Positions 39,373-48,633 of a DNA stretch of 64,000 nt are shown here, in pieces (within the stretch, counting starts at the first letter, position 1; each line of letters opens with the position of its first letter). The position numbers were made by a program, and so were the translations under genes. The DNA is taken from contig CAWFXM010000012.1 of assembly GCA_963819775.1 (NCBI GenBank), positions 391,319-455,318 on the forward strand. The letters run 5' to 3'. The notes below the pieces were generated by a model, which was not told where the DNA came from, did no database searches, and saw nothing but the letters and a program-made list of their open reading frames with translations. The stretch comes from an uncultured Alphaproteobacteria bacterium. GTDB lineage: Bacteria; Pseudomonadota; Alphaproteobacteria; Rhizobiales; Hyphomicrobiaceae.

Positions 39373-40446
39373 CTAACATAATGATATGGATGTTGTTTTT
39401 TTCGCTACCGGGTCACTTCTGGTGCTGCGGGCAGCTCCGGCTGCGCCGCGCTCGAACTCCAGCAGCTCTGGCGGTTGATTGAGTTCCCGGCTCGCGAAAA
39501 GTGGCCTGAAGCCGATGACCTGGGCCTGTTGCTGGACGGTCTGTCGCATGACCGGATCGTCGCCGTATTCGACGACGAAGACGGGTAAGCCGGCCGCGCT
39601 GGCGCGTCCTAGCGCTGCCTCCGCGGCCGCCACATCGTCGGGCTTGTTCGGCTTGCCGTCGCCGGCAATGCCGAAATACAGGTCTTCCTTGGTGACCGCG
39701 TCGATTTTGGCGAGGTAGCTCGCATCGAGCAAAAGCTCTTCGGCATTTTGCGGCACGATCAGAAAACCCGGCTTGCGCCTGCGAGCATAGTCGGCGATCG
39801 CGCCCACAAAACGAACCATATCGCCGGCCGCGTCCGGCCGTTCAGCGGTCCAGTCCTCGTAGGCGTCGACCTTGTCGAGAAAGACGCCATCGAATCCGGC
39901 CGCGAGAATGCGGTCGAGGTAGGAATCGGCGGCGAACGACGGAAACCAACGCGCGAGAACACGAGCAACGAGGTCCGGCGCAGAATCAAAGATCAGTTTC
40001 TGCCAACCCGGTTCCCAGTACCGCACGGCATAGTTGCCCCGCCATGCCGCGTTCTCGGCGCCGAGCCATGACGGCCGGCTGATGCGCCAATGGTGATGCC
40101 AATATCCGCGGTAGGTCTCGGCTTCGCCGATCGAGAGGTAAGCCAGTACGATCCGCGCTTTGCCGTCCGAGCGGTGACGCAACGCGTCGACTTCGGCCGC
40201 GGTCCACGCTCCAGCCGCGGTGCCATCGCGCGAGTAGTCGGTGATCAGCAGATCGACAGCGTCGGGGATCGTCGAGGGGGTGACGCGCTGAAGCTGATAG
40301 CCCCAAGCCACGACCTCGTTCAACGCCGGCCCCACTCGTGGCGGCAAGCTCGCACGGTCGAGCGGGGTTTGCGATGCGAACAGCGCCGCCGCCGCCGTGG
40401 ATGCGGCGAGGACGAGGACGATCAAGAGCCTGCTCAAGCGTCGCAT
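39373..40446 (-). CDS. Secreted GH114-type glycoside hydrolase (TM1410/MJ1477 family, endo-alpha-1,4-polygalactosaminidase-like)
   Basis: Signal peptide, then family blocks WGYQLQ, LLITDYSRDG, IVLAYLSIGEAETYRGYW, SWLGAENAAWRGNYAVRYWEPGWQ and GFDGVFLDKVDAYEDW. Confidence 0.8.
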   Translation of the reverse strand: MRRLSRLLIVLVLAASTAAAALFASQTPLDRASLPPRVGPALNEVVAWGYQLQRVTPSTIPDAVDLLITDYSRDGTAAGAWTAAEVDALRHRSDGKARIVLAYLSIGEAETYRGYWHHHWRISRPSWLGAENAAWRGNYAVRYWEPGWQKLIFDSAPDLVARVLARWFPSFAADSYLDRILAAGFDGVFLDKVDAYEDWTAERPDAAGDMVRFVGAIADYARRRKPGFLIVPQNAEELLLDASYLAKIDAVTKEDLYFGIAGDGKPNKPDDVAAAEAALGRASAAGLPVFVVEYGDDPVMRQTVQQQAQVIGFRPLFASRELNQPPELLEFERGAAGAARSTRSDPVAKKTTSISLC

Positions 40447-40683
40447 CGGTGCTACTCGTAACCGGGGCCTAGTGTGATGTTCGAGAAGTCCGTTTCATTG
40501 TCGTCGCAACGAAGCGAATCGGGATCCAGCATCAAAGCTAACACGCTCCAAACAGCCGGGGGCAACGGCGGCAAGGGGTGCGCCCGCCCAGACGATATGG
40601 CGGTTGGGCCGGGGTGTTTCAATCGGCAGAAAGGCATTTTCCGCCAGATGGATAGCCCAATAGTTCAGCAGGGTAGAACCGAT

Positions 40684-41331
40684 ATGGATCGCGCCCGCGA
40701 CCTGGCCGTGACTGCGGTGCTGCTGGCGGCGGGGGCGTCGACGCGCTTCGGGGCCGGCAACAAGCTCTTGGCCGAGGTCGGCGGCGAGGCCGTGGTGGCG
40801 CGGGTGGCGCGGGCGCTGCTGCGGAGCCAAGTCGGCGCGATCCTCGTCGTGACGCCTCCGGATAGCAGCTCCATAGCCACGGCACTCGGCACTGTGCAGG
40901 ACGGCGGCCGTCTCTCGCTGATCGCCAACCCCGATCCAAGCCGCGGCATCGCGAGCTCGATCGCGACCGGCATCCGCGCCGTCGATGCAACCTCCGCGGG
41001 CGCCATGATCGTCCCCGGCGATATGCCCGATCTCGATGCCGCCGACTTCGATAGGCTGCTTGCGGCGTTCGTTGCGGAAGGCGGCGACGCTCTGGTTCAT
41101 GCGGCGACGGCGGACGGCCGGCAACGCAATCCCGTGGTCTGGCCGCGGCGGCTGTTCGGCGCACTGGCTGCACTGCAGGGCGATATCGGCGGCAAGCCGC
41201 TCATCGCCGCGGAGCGCGCTGTGCGACCCGATCGCGTGGTCGCGGTCGCCTTTGCCGATGAAGCGGTCCTGCGCGATGTCGACCGGCCTGAAGATCTCGC
41301 GCGCCGAAGGCGGCCGCTATCGCGATCATGA
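40684..41331 (+). CDS. MobA-like NTP transferase (molybdenum cofactor cytidylyl/guanylyltransferase family)
   Basis: In-frame start MDRARDLAVTAVLLAAGASTRFG (LLAAGxSxRxG motif) and a DVDRPEDL end motif. Confidence 0.7.
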   Translation: MDRARDLAVTAVLLAAGASTRFGAGNKLLAEVGGEAVVARVARALLRSQVGAILVVTPPDSSSIATALGTVQDGGRLSLIANPDPSRGIASSIATGIRAVDATSAGAMIVPGDMPDLDAADFDRLLAAFVAEGGDALVHAATADGRQRNPVVWPRRLFGALAALQGDIGGKPLIAAERAVRPDRVVAVAFADEAVLRDVDRPEDLARRRRPLSRS

Positions 41332-41419
41332 CCGGGCATCGAAGTGGCAGTGCCGCAAGTGGGACGACCGCTGCGACGACGGCGAGAAGTGGGCGTGCCG
41401 CAAGCTCCGCAACCAGTGA
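41276..41419 (+). CDS. Possible 47-codon Cys/Trp-rich small ORF overlapping the mocA-like 3' end (weak call)
   Basis: It encodes MSTGLKISRAEGGRYRDHDRASKWQCRKWDDRCDDGEKWACRKLRNQ. The tail is paralogous to the C-terminus encoded at 62471-62590 (minus strand). I see no clear RBS. Confidence 0.2.
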   Translation: MSTGLKISRAEGGRYRDHDRASKWQCRKWDDRCDDGEKWACRKLRNQ

Positions 41420-41493
41420 TGACATCGCGGCGCCGGGCGGATTGAACGCATGATACCGTCATTCGGATATGCGCCCGGACCACTGACACGATC

Positions 41494-41530
41494 ATCCCCG
41501 CTGTCGTGCGAGACAGCGGGGATTTTCATT
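41494..41530 (+). terminator. Rho-independent-type terminator
   Basis: atccccgctgtc (41494-41505), loop gtgcga, gacagcggggat (41512-41523), then tttcatt. Confidence 0.6.
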
Positions 41531-41569
41531 CCTGATCTGATCGACGGCTGATGCGGCCCAGGTCCGCGA

Positions 41570-42238
41570 TCATTCGGCCAGGAAACAATAGAACAGCCCC
41601 GCGCCGCCGGTGGCCTTGAGCGCTTCCTGGCCGCACCCGCGCGTGCCGTGCGAGGAGTTCCACGAGGTCATGTGCCGTGTCGCCTTGAGTCCTATGCGGT
41701 CGTGGTGGCCGACGATGGCGGAGCCTTCACCGCTTTTCGACCAGTTGCCGCATGTGGTGTCGCCGCCCGCGGTCGAATAGTTACCCTGCGGGTCCGAGCC
41801 GGTCAGGATGTCATGGGTATTGACGGCGTCGCTGCGGCCACTGACTTTCTCGCCCTTCTCCGTCAGCGCGGTATCCTTGGTCAGGTTGTTCTTGTCCGAG
41901 TGCAGCGCGTCGACCGTTTGGGCGATCACCTCGCCCTTGGCATTCTTCCACGGGCCTTTGCCGATGCGATCACGCGCGTTGACCCCCGCCTCGCCGCCCG
42001 GAAGCGACGTGCTGAGGTAGGCGCGCCATGCCTGCGCCGCAGAGCCGGCGGATTTGGCGAGTGCGAGACAATGCGCGTCGGCACCCTCGATCCCGCCGAG
42101 ATCGGCGCCAGCGCCTTTGCCGGCGCTGGTGACGAAAAACGACAAATCCGACTGCTGCGCCGATGCCGGCGCGATGCTGCTGAGACTGATAACGGCGCCG
42201 ATGACGACGACGAGTGCACTGGTGCTGCTGATTGACAT
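41570..42238 (-). CDS. Secreted four-Cys protein with an endostatin-like (C-type-lectin-fold) sequence pattern
   Basis: The start is MSISSTSALVVVIGAVISLSSIAPASA. The block LGGIEGADAHCLALAKSAG..WRAYLS resembles human endostatin [29 protein letters not shown]. It has four Cys, including a C-terminal ..GLFYCF. Confidence 0.5.
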   Translation of the reverse strand: MSISSTSALVVVIGAVISLSSIAPASAQQSDLSFFVTSAGKGAGADLGGIEGADAHCLALAKSAGSAAQAWRAYLSTSLPGGEAGVNARDRIGKGPWKNAKGEVIAQTVDALHSDKNNLTKDTALTEKGEKVSGRSDAVNTHDILTGSDPQGNYSTAGGDTTCGNWSKSGEGSAIVGHHDRIGLKATRHMTSWNSSHGTRGCGQEALKATGGAGLFYCFLAE

Positions 42239-42409
42239 GGCCGACCTCGCTGATCTCCAGAACTCTACATGAGGCGATATCTGCAGCCATGAAGGCCGCG
42301 CCATCAGGTTACTCCGTGCCTTCGAGCGCGGCGAGTGCCAACGCGATTGGCCGGCGGTGACGAGGCGTCGCCCGGCGCGGTGGTTTCGCCTGCGGCGGCG
42401 CGGGATCGG

Positions 42410-43681
42410 TTAAGCCAAAGTGATCATGCCGACGATCGCGGCGGAGAGAAGGCTGGCCAGGAAACCGGCCACGACAGAGCGCGGCGCAAGCTCGGCGATC
42501 TCGGTCCGCCGCTCCGGGGCCATCGCAGCGAGTCCGCCGATCAGGATGCCGAGCGATCCGAGATTGGCGAAGCTGCACATGGCGTAGGTGAGGATCACGC
42601 GCGACCGCTCCGTGAGCACGCCGGGCGGGGTCTTGGCCAGCTCGAGATAAGCGAGGAACTCGTTGAGCACGACTTTCTGGCCGAGCAGCGCGCCCGCCGT
42701 TCCGGTTTCCGCCCACGGGATGCCGATCATCCAGGCCAGCGGCGTGCAAAGCGCCCCGAGCAGGCTTTGCAGCGTGACGGTGACGCCGAACGGGCCGCCT
42801 GCGAACGCGAGCATGGAATTGATCAGCGCAACCAGCGATACGATGACGATCAGCAGTGCGGCGACCGTCGCGACGAGGCGCAATCCTTCGACCGTGCCCT
42901 GCGCGACCGCATCCATCGCCGAGCGGCTCACTTCGCCATCGCCCATCACGGCGGTGTCCGGCCCGCCTTCGAAGTCGCGCGGCACCATCAGGCGCGCGAT
43001 CATCAGGGCAGCGGGCACGTTCATGAGCGACGCGGCCAGCAGGTGTCCCGCGGCGCCCGGCACCAGTGGCGACAGGATCGAGGCATACAGCGCCATGACC
43101 GTGCCGGCGACCGTCGCCATCGCCACGCACATGGTGGCGAAGAACGCGCCGCGGCCCATGCCCGACAGATAAGGCCGGATCATCAGCGGCGCTTCGATGA
43201 TGCCGAGGAAGATGCTGGCGGCGGAGACGGTGGACAGCGGACCGCCGGTGCCGAGCGAGCGGCGCAACAGGTAGGCGAAGCCGGCCACCACTTTTTGCAG
43301 CACGCCCCAGTAGTAAAGTAGCCGCACGATCGCCGACAGCACGAGGATCATCGGGAAAACGCGGGCGGCGAGAACGAAGCTGTGTTCGGGCTTCGTCATG
43401 TCGAAGGGCGCGGGCGCTCCGGCCAGGTATCCGAACACGAGCTGGGCGCCATTGTCGGTGGCATTCTGGATGGCGAGCACACCTTGGCTGAGCCCGTCGA
43501 AGACGAGGCGCGAGGCCGGCACCTTGAGCAGGATCAGCGCGATGACGATCTGGACGGCGATAGCGCCGGCGATGATGCGCAGAGCTTTTGCCGCAGGCAG
43601 AAGCCGGCGCTCTTCCGACAGCGCCAACGCGATGGCCGGCACTGCGAGAATGCCGACGACACTTTGCAGCGCCAGCCACAT
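42410..43681 (-). CDS. nupC: NupC-family (CNT) nucleoside transporter
   Basis: 423 aa from MWLALQSVVGILAVP. CNT blocks present include GAQLVFGYL, IFLGIIEAPLMIRPYL, VLNEFLAYLEL and MCSFANLGSLGILIGGL. Confidence 0.85.
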   Translation of the reverse strand: MWLALQSVVGILAVPAIALALSEERRLLPAAKALRIIAGAIAVQIVIALILLKVPASRLVFDGLSQGVLAIQNATDNGAQLVFGYLAGAPAPFDMTKPEHSFVLAARVFPMILVLSAIVRLLYYWGVLQKVVAGFAYLLRRSLGTGGPLSTVSAASIFLGIIEAPLMIRPYLSGMGRGAFFATMCVAMATVAGTVMALYASILSPLVPGAAGHLLAASLMNVPAALMIARLMVPRDFEGGPDTAVMGDGEVSRSAMDAVAQGTVEGLRLVATVAALLIVIVSLVALINSMLAFAGGPFGVTVTLQSLLGALCTPLAWMIGIPWAETGTAGALLGQKVVLNEFLAYLELAKTPPGVLTERSRVILTYAMCSFANLGSLGILIGGLAAMAPERRTEIAELAPRSVVAGFLASLLSAAIVGMITLA

Positions 43682-44015
43682 GATATGCCCCCAAAACTGT
43701 TCCCCGCCGCGACAGTAGCTGGTCAAGAGCTGCGAGGCCAACAGCCCGATAGGTCCAAGTGCCGCAACTACCGTGGAAAATCGCCGCTTCCGGCTGGCGC
43801 GGATGGTCGGGGCGGTGACATAATTCGATCTTAAGACTTCGCGCAGAGCGACGCGCTGGATTGGCCGGGGTGGGCGGGCAGTGCAGCGACAGCCGAGCGA
43901 ACCGGGCCGCAGCGGATGTCGCGTGCGCCCGGCAACCGGCGTATCAGCAATCGCCGGCATTGGCAGCGACCATGATCCGCCAATCCTTCACTGCACCGAT
44001 CGAGGCCCGAAACCG

Positions 44016-46436
44016 ATGACCGAGCGCCGCCCACCCCAGAAGCCACCGCTTGGTCCGCTGCCGCCCCTCGACGCCTATCGACCGACGGCGGAGCATCGCA
44101 GCGCGCCGCCTCCGATGCGGCCGCCGCAAAAGTTTCCGCCTCGCCCTTTGCCGCCGGGCGCGCAGCAGCGCCGTCGCGATGACAGAACCGGGTATGGCCG
44201 GAAGGACCCCGACGACGGCTGGGGCATTGCCGCCTACGCCGGCTTTGCGTTGCTCGGGGTGGTGCTGATCGGTGCCGCGGGCGTCGGCTATCTCGTGGTG
44301 AGCCCGCCGGTGGAGTTGATCCGCTCCGAGGTGATCGCGCAGGTCAAGGCGAAGACCGGGCGAGACTTGAAGATCGGCGGGCCGACCAGGTTCACGGTCT
44401 ATCCGTCGATCGGCGTGTCGATGGCCAATGTGGAGCTGTCGCCGCCGCCGGGCATGAGCGGGCGGCCGCTGGCGACGATGGCCAGCCTCGATATCAATGT
44501 CGGCCTGTGGCCGCTGCTGAGCCGCCGGATCGAGGTCGAACGCCTCGTGCTGCGCGAGCCGGTGATCGAATTGAGGACAGATGCGGCGGGCCGCAAGAGC
44601 TGGGACATGCGCCGCACCGCTGATGCGTCAGGCATGTTCGTGCGCCGGATCGAGCTGGCGCAGGCGGCAACGCCCAACCGCGCGACGGACGCGAGTCCGG
44701 CTGCGGTCACGGCAGGCGAGGCGGCCAACGCGCTCGCGGGCATCGAGCAGATTTCGCTGAAGGACGTGCGGATCGAAAACGGCACCGTGGTCTGGCACGA
44801 CGAGCGCTCCGGCAATCGCGAGACCGTGTCGGCCGTCAATATCGAAGTCGGTATGCCGTCGATCGACAATCCGCTCGAGATCAAGGGCAACCTCGTGGTG
44901 AAGGGCGAGCGGCTCGACGTCACAGGCACACTCGCGTCGCTGAAGGCGATGCTCGACGCGCGGCCGACCAAGGTCGCGCTCAACGCGACCAACAAGTTCG
45001 GCAGCATCGGGTTCGATGGCGCGCTCGCCGCCAACATGGACGCCGATGGCAAGCTCGATCTCAAGTCGTCGAACGTGCGCAGCCTCGCGGCGCTGGCGGG
45101 CGTCGATCTCGCGCCGGGCGCGGGCTTTGGTCCGGCATCGTTGACGGGGCGGCTCAAAGCGGCGGGAGCGCGCATGACGCTCGACGACGCCACGCTGTCG
45201 CTCGACGGGACAAAGGCGACCGGCACGCTCGGCTTGGATGCCAGTGGTGCGAGGCCGCGGGTGTCGGCCAATCTCAAGGTCGGTGAACTGAACCTCAATC
45301 CCTACCTCGCAGCGCCCGACGGCATGGCGGCATCACCATCAGCGCCAGCCGCGAAATATGCGCCTGCTGCCAAGTCTCCTGCGGCGGGCTCGAACCAGCC
45401 GAATTCGATCGACGATCTCCTGAGCCGGCCCGATGCAAAGGGATCGGCGCCGAAGGCGGCTGGTCCGCAGGTGCGCGGCTTCACGCAGCGCGCGGGTTGG
45501 AGCGAGGAGCCGATCCAGCTGGCTGCGCTCAACGCAATCGACGCGGACGTGAAGCTGCAGATCGCCAAGGTCCGCTATCGCGAGATCAAGGTCGGGCAGA
45601 CGCGCGTCACGGCGGCGCTGGCGGGCGGCGTCTTGAAGACCGTGTTCGACGATGTCGAACTTTATGAAGGCCGCGGCCGTGGCGCCATCACGCTCGATGC
45701 CACGGGCGCGGTCCCGCGCTTCGGCGCCAACATCGCCGCCGACGGCGTGTCGGCGCTGCCGCTGATGAAGGACGCCGGTGGCAATGTATGGCTCGCGGGC
45801 ACGGCGAAGGTCTCGCTGGCGGTGACCGGCGAGGGCGGCAACCAGAAGGCGATGATGGATAGCCTCGCAGGCAAGGCCGACGTGACGTTCAACAACGGCG
45901 CGATCGTCGGCTGGAACCTGGCGCAGATCATTCGCGGGTTGAAGCAGGGACAGCTTTCGGGGTTCGAGCGGGTCGAGACGGCCAAGACCGATTTCAGCGA
46001 AATGAGTTCGACCTGGGCCATCGCCAATGGCGTGGCGCAGAACCAGGATTTGAAGTTGAACTCGCCTCTGATGCGCGTGACCGGCGCGGGACAGGTGGCG
46101 CTCGGCGCGCGTCAGATCGACTATCAGCTGAAGCCCAAGCTGGTGGCGAGCCTCGATGGTCAAGGCGCGGCGCAGGGTCTTGCCGGGCTGGAGATCCCGC
46201 TCAAGGTGCGCGGCCCTTGGGAGAAGCCCGAGATCGTGCCGGAGATCGGCGGCATTCTGAAGGATCCCGAGAAGACGATCGGCGCCATCAAGGAGATCGG
46301 CAAACAGTTCAAGGGCAAGAACGCCAACGAGGTCGTGGACAAGGTTCTGAGCGACAATCCCGATGCGGCGAAGAAGGCCAACGAACTGTTGAACAAGTGG
46401 CTGAAGCCGAAGAAGCAGGCGGCGCCGGTGGAGTAG
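44016..46436 (+). CDS. AsmA-family outer-membrane biogenesis protein
   Basis: The start is MTERRPPQKPP. It has one TM segment (IAAYAGFALLGVVLIGAAGVGYLVV), then a long beta-rich AsmA-like body (KIGGPTRFTVYPSIGVSMANVEL..., C-terminal LKVRGPWEKPEI). Confidence 0.8.
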   Translation: MTERRPPQKPPLGPLPPLDAYRPTAEHRSAPPPMRPPQKFPPRPLPPGAQQRRRDDRTGYGRKDPDDGWGIAAYAGFALLGVVLIGAAGVGYLVVSPPVELIRSEVIAQVKAKTGRDLKIGGPTRFTVYPSIGVSMANVELSPPPGMSGRPLATMASLDINVGLWPLLSRRIEVERLVLREPVIELRTDAAGRKSWDMRRTADASGMFVRRIELAQAATPNRATDASPAAVTAGEAANALAGIEQISLKDVRIENGTVVWHDERSGNRETVSAVNIEVGMPSIDNPLEIKGNLVVKGERLDVTGTLASLKAMLDARPTKVALNATNKFGSIGFDGALAANMDADGKLDLKSSNVRSLAALAGVDLAPGAGFGPASLTGRLKAAGARMTLDDATLSLDGTKATGTLGLDASGARPRVSANLKVGELNLNPYLAAPDGMAASPSAPAAKYAPAAKSPAAGSNQPNSIDDLLSRPDAKGSAPKAAGPQVRGFTQRAGWSEEPIQLAALNAIDADVKLQIAKVRYREIKVGQTRVTAALAGGVLKTVFDDVELYEGRGRGAITLDATGAVPRFGANIAADGVSALPLMKDAGGNVWLAGTAKVSLAVTGEGGNQKAMMDSLAGKADVTFNNGAIVGWNLAQIIRGLKQGQLSGFERVETAKTDFSEMSSTWAIANGVAQNQDLKLNSPLMRVTGAGQVALGARQIDYQLKPKLVASLDGQGAAQGLAGLEIPLKVRGPWEKPEIVPEIGGILKDPEKTIGAIKEIGKQFKGKNANEVVDKVLSDNPDAAKKANELLNKWLKPKKQAAPVE

Positions 46437-46516
46437 CCGGTTCACCGAAGAAATTGCAGATCGGGAACGATGGCCGGCGCGAGACGTTACACCTCCAACA
46501 TCAATTGGAGGCGAAC

Positions 46517-46894
46517 ATGCCACGTTTTCCGACCTTGGCGGCCCTGATCCTCGGCGTCGTCTGCGGCGCAGCAGGCCAGGCCGGTGCCGCGGATCTCGAT
46601 GGCGAGGCGCTGTTCAACACGCACTGCCGCAACTGCCATTCGTCGGCCAAGGACGACCACCGTCTCGGTCCGTCGTTGCACGGCATCGTCGGCAAACAGG
46701 CCGGTGCGGCCGCGGGCTTTGCGGCGTATTCCGGCTCGCTGAAGGGTTTTGCGTGGGACCCGTCGACGCTCGACAAGTTCATGGCCAGCCCGACGTCGGT
46801 CGCGCCGAACACGAGCATGATCTATCCGCCCGTCGAAGACCCGGCGCAGCGCGCGGCGATCATCGATTTCATCAAGAAGAAGTCGGCGGAATAA
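46517..46894 (+). CDS. Monohaem c-type cytochrome (class I)
   Basis: RBS ggagg at 46507-46511, a signal peptide, the CRNCH haem motif and a distal Met region (NTSMIYP). Confidence 0.8.
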   Translation: MPRFPTLAALILGVVCGAAGQAGAADLDGEALFNTHCRNCHSSAKDDHRLGPSLHGIVGKQAGAAAGFAAYSGSLKGFAWDPSTLDKFMASPTSVAPNTSMIYPPVEDPAQRAAIIDFIKKKSAE

Positions 46895-46938
46895 GTTTGA
46901 CCGTAGGGCCACGAGTCGGCGGCGGCTAAGGGCGATCT

Positions 46939-47632
46939 TCAATTGAGCACGCGACGATAGAGAAACCGCTTTCGATCGCCGAGGCGAATGCGCGCTGCGA
47001 GCGCGCGCACCGGTTTGCCCGTCGCATTGAGCGCCAGTGCGCGTGTGCGCTCGGGACGTACAGCCGTAGTGCCACGCGCAATCAGATGCGGTCCAAGCAG
47101 CGTCACGAGGCGTTCGATGCGCCGCTCACGGATGCCGAGGATGGCCAGATGGCACGCCGTGTTCAGCACGTAGTCGAGGTTGAACCCCGTCAATCCCTTG
47201 GCCTTGCGGACCAGACGAACTTGAAGCGGGAGGGCCAGATCGCCGGCGAAGGCCGGATGGGCGCGCTCGGCGATGAAGGTCATGGCGCTGACTTCGGCGT
47301 GATCGGTATCGAGAAGCGTGATCGGTAAATGGGCTTCGCGGTAGACGCCAGTGACGAGCTCTCGCGTGCGGATGTAACGGCGGACCGTCGAGGCGTCGTC
47401 GTGCGATACGCGAAACGCGACGCCTTCGCAGGCGCCGCCGCGATCGAGCCCGAGGATGATGCCGGGGCGCGCAGCGGTGCCGCGATAGTGCATCGAGTAG
47501 ATGCAGAAGGCGCGGTGGTAGCCGGTGAGCCGCGCGGGCACCGCTTCGACGAATTCTGAAGCCGGGGTTCCACATCAGCGAGCCGTAGCCGAATACCCAG
47601 AGATCCGTTTCGGTCCGTTCCGCGTCCGGCAT
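46939..47632 (-). CDS. chaC: ChaC-family gamma-glutamylcyclotransferase; 1-nt frame break near 47557
   Basis: The N-terminus MPDAERTETDLWVFGYGSLMWNPGF (frame of ORF 47126-48661) joins EFVEAVPARLTGYHRAFCIYS (ORF 46939-47541). The span is 3n+1. Confidence 0.75.
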
Positions 47633-47652
47633 GGCGCGCTCCCGTGCGACGA

Positions 47653-48633
47653 TCAGCGTTTCGGCGGTTCGGCGGCGTCGGCCGGGCGGTTGCGACCGAA
47701 GTCGGGAGCTGCCGTGTCCTGGCCGGCCTGGATGATACCGCGGCGGATCGCGCGGGCGTCGGCGAACATCTTTGCGAGCGTGTCGCCATCGCCGAAACGA
47801 ATGGCGCGCTGCAGCACCGTCAGATCCTCGGAGAAGCGGCCGAGCATTTCGAGCACGGCGTCCTTGTTGTTGAGGAACACGTCGCGCCACATGACAGGGT
47901 CCGACGCGGCGATGCGCGTGAAGTCGCGGAAGCCGCCAGCCGAAAATTTGATCACTTCGCTGTCGGTCACACGTTCGAGGTGGGCCGCGGTGTTGACGAT
48001 GTTGAAGGCGATCAAGTGCGGCACGTGACTGGTGATGGCCAGCACCATGTCGTGGTGCGCGGCGTCCATGATCTCGACGTGCGAGCCGAGCTTCTCCCAG
48101 AAGTGCTTGAGTTTGGCGGTGGCGGCCGGATCGGCGTCGGCGGCGGGCGTGAGAATGCACCAGCGGTTGTCGTAGAGCTCGGCAAAGCCGGACTCTGGTC
48201 CCGACTGCTCGGTGCCGGCGATCGGATGGCCGGGGATGAAGTGCACGCCCTCGGGGATATGCGGGGCGACATCGCGCATGACAGCCGCCTTGACCGAGCC
48301 GACGTCGGTGACGATCGCGCCGGGCGCAAGATGCGGACCGATGGCGGCAGCGATTGCCGCATAGACACCGACCGGCGCGCACAGGATGACGAGGTCGGCG
48401 CCCTTCACGGCGTCGGCGGGATTGTCGTAGGCTTGAGCGATCAGACCCAGTTCGAGCGCCTTTTGCCGGGTCGTGGCGGTGGCCGAGCTGCCGACGATCT
48501 CGGTTGCAAGGTTGGCGCGGCGGCAGGCATGGCTGATCGACGAGCCGATCAACCCGATGCCGATCAGCGCGATGCGCTTGAACATCGGCGCGGTGGGTCG
48601 AGCTTGGGGCGCGCTGGCCTTGGCGGCGCTCAT
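47653..48633 (-). CDS. tyrC: Prephenate/arogenate (cyclohexadienyl) dehydrogenase
   Basis: The start MSAAKAS at 48633 forms an ATGA overlap with the hisC stop. Motifs: Rossmann [12 protein letters not shown], and [15 protein letters not shown] and [14 protein letters not shown]. Confidence 0.85.
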   Translation of the reverse strand: MSAAKASAPQARPTAPMFKRIALIGIGLIGSSISHACRRANLATEIVGSSATATTRQKALELGLIAQAYDNPADAVKGADLVILCAPVGVYAAIAAAIGPHLAPGAIVTDVGSVKAAVMRDVAPHIPEGVHFIPGHPIAGTEQSGPESGFAELYDNRWCILTPAADADPAATAKLKHFWEKLGSHVEIMDAAHHDMVLAITSHVPHLIAFNIVNTAAHLERVTDSEVIKFSAGGFRDFTRIAASDPVMWRDVFLNNKDAVLEMLGRFSEDLTVLQRAIRFGDGDTLAKMFADARAIRRGIIQAGQDTAAPDFGRNRPADAAEPPKR

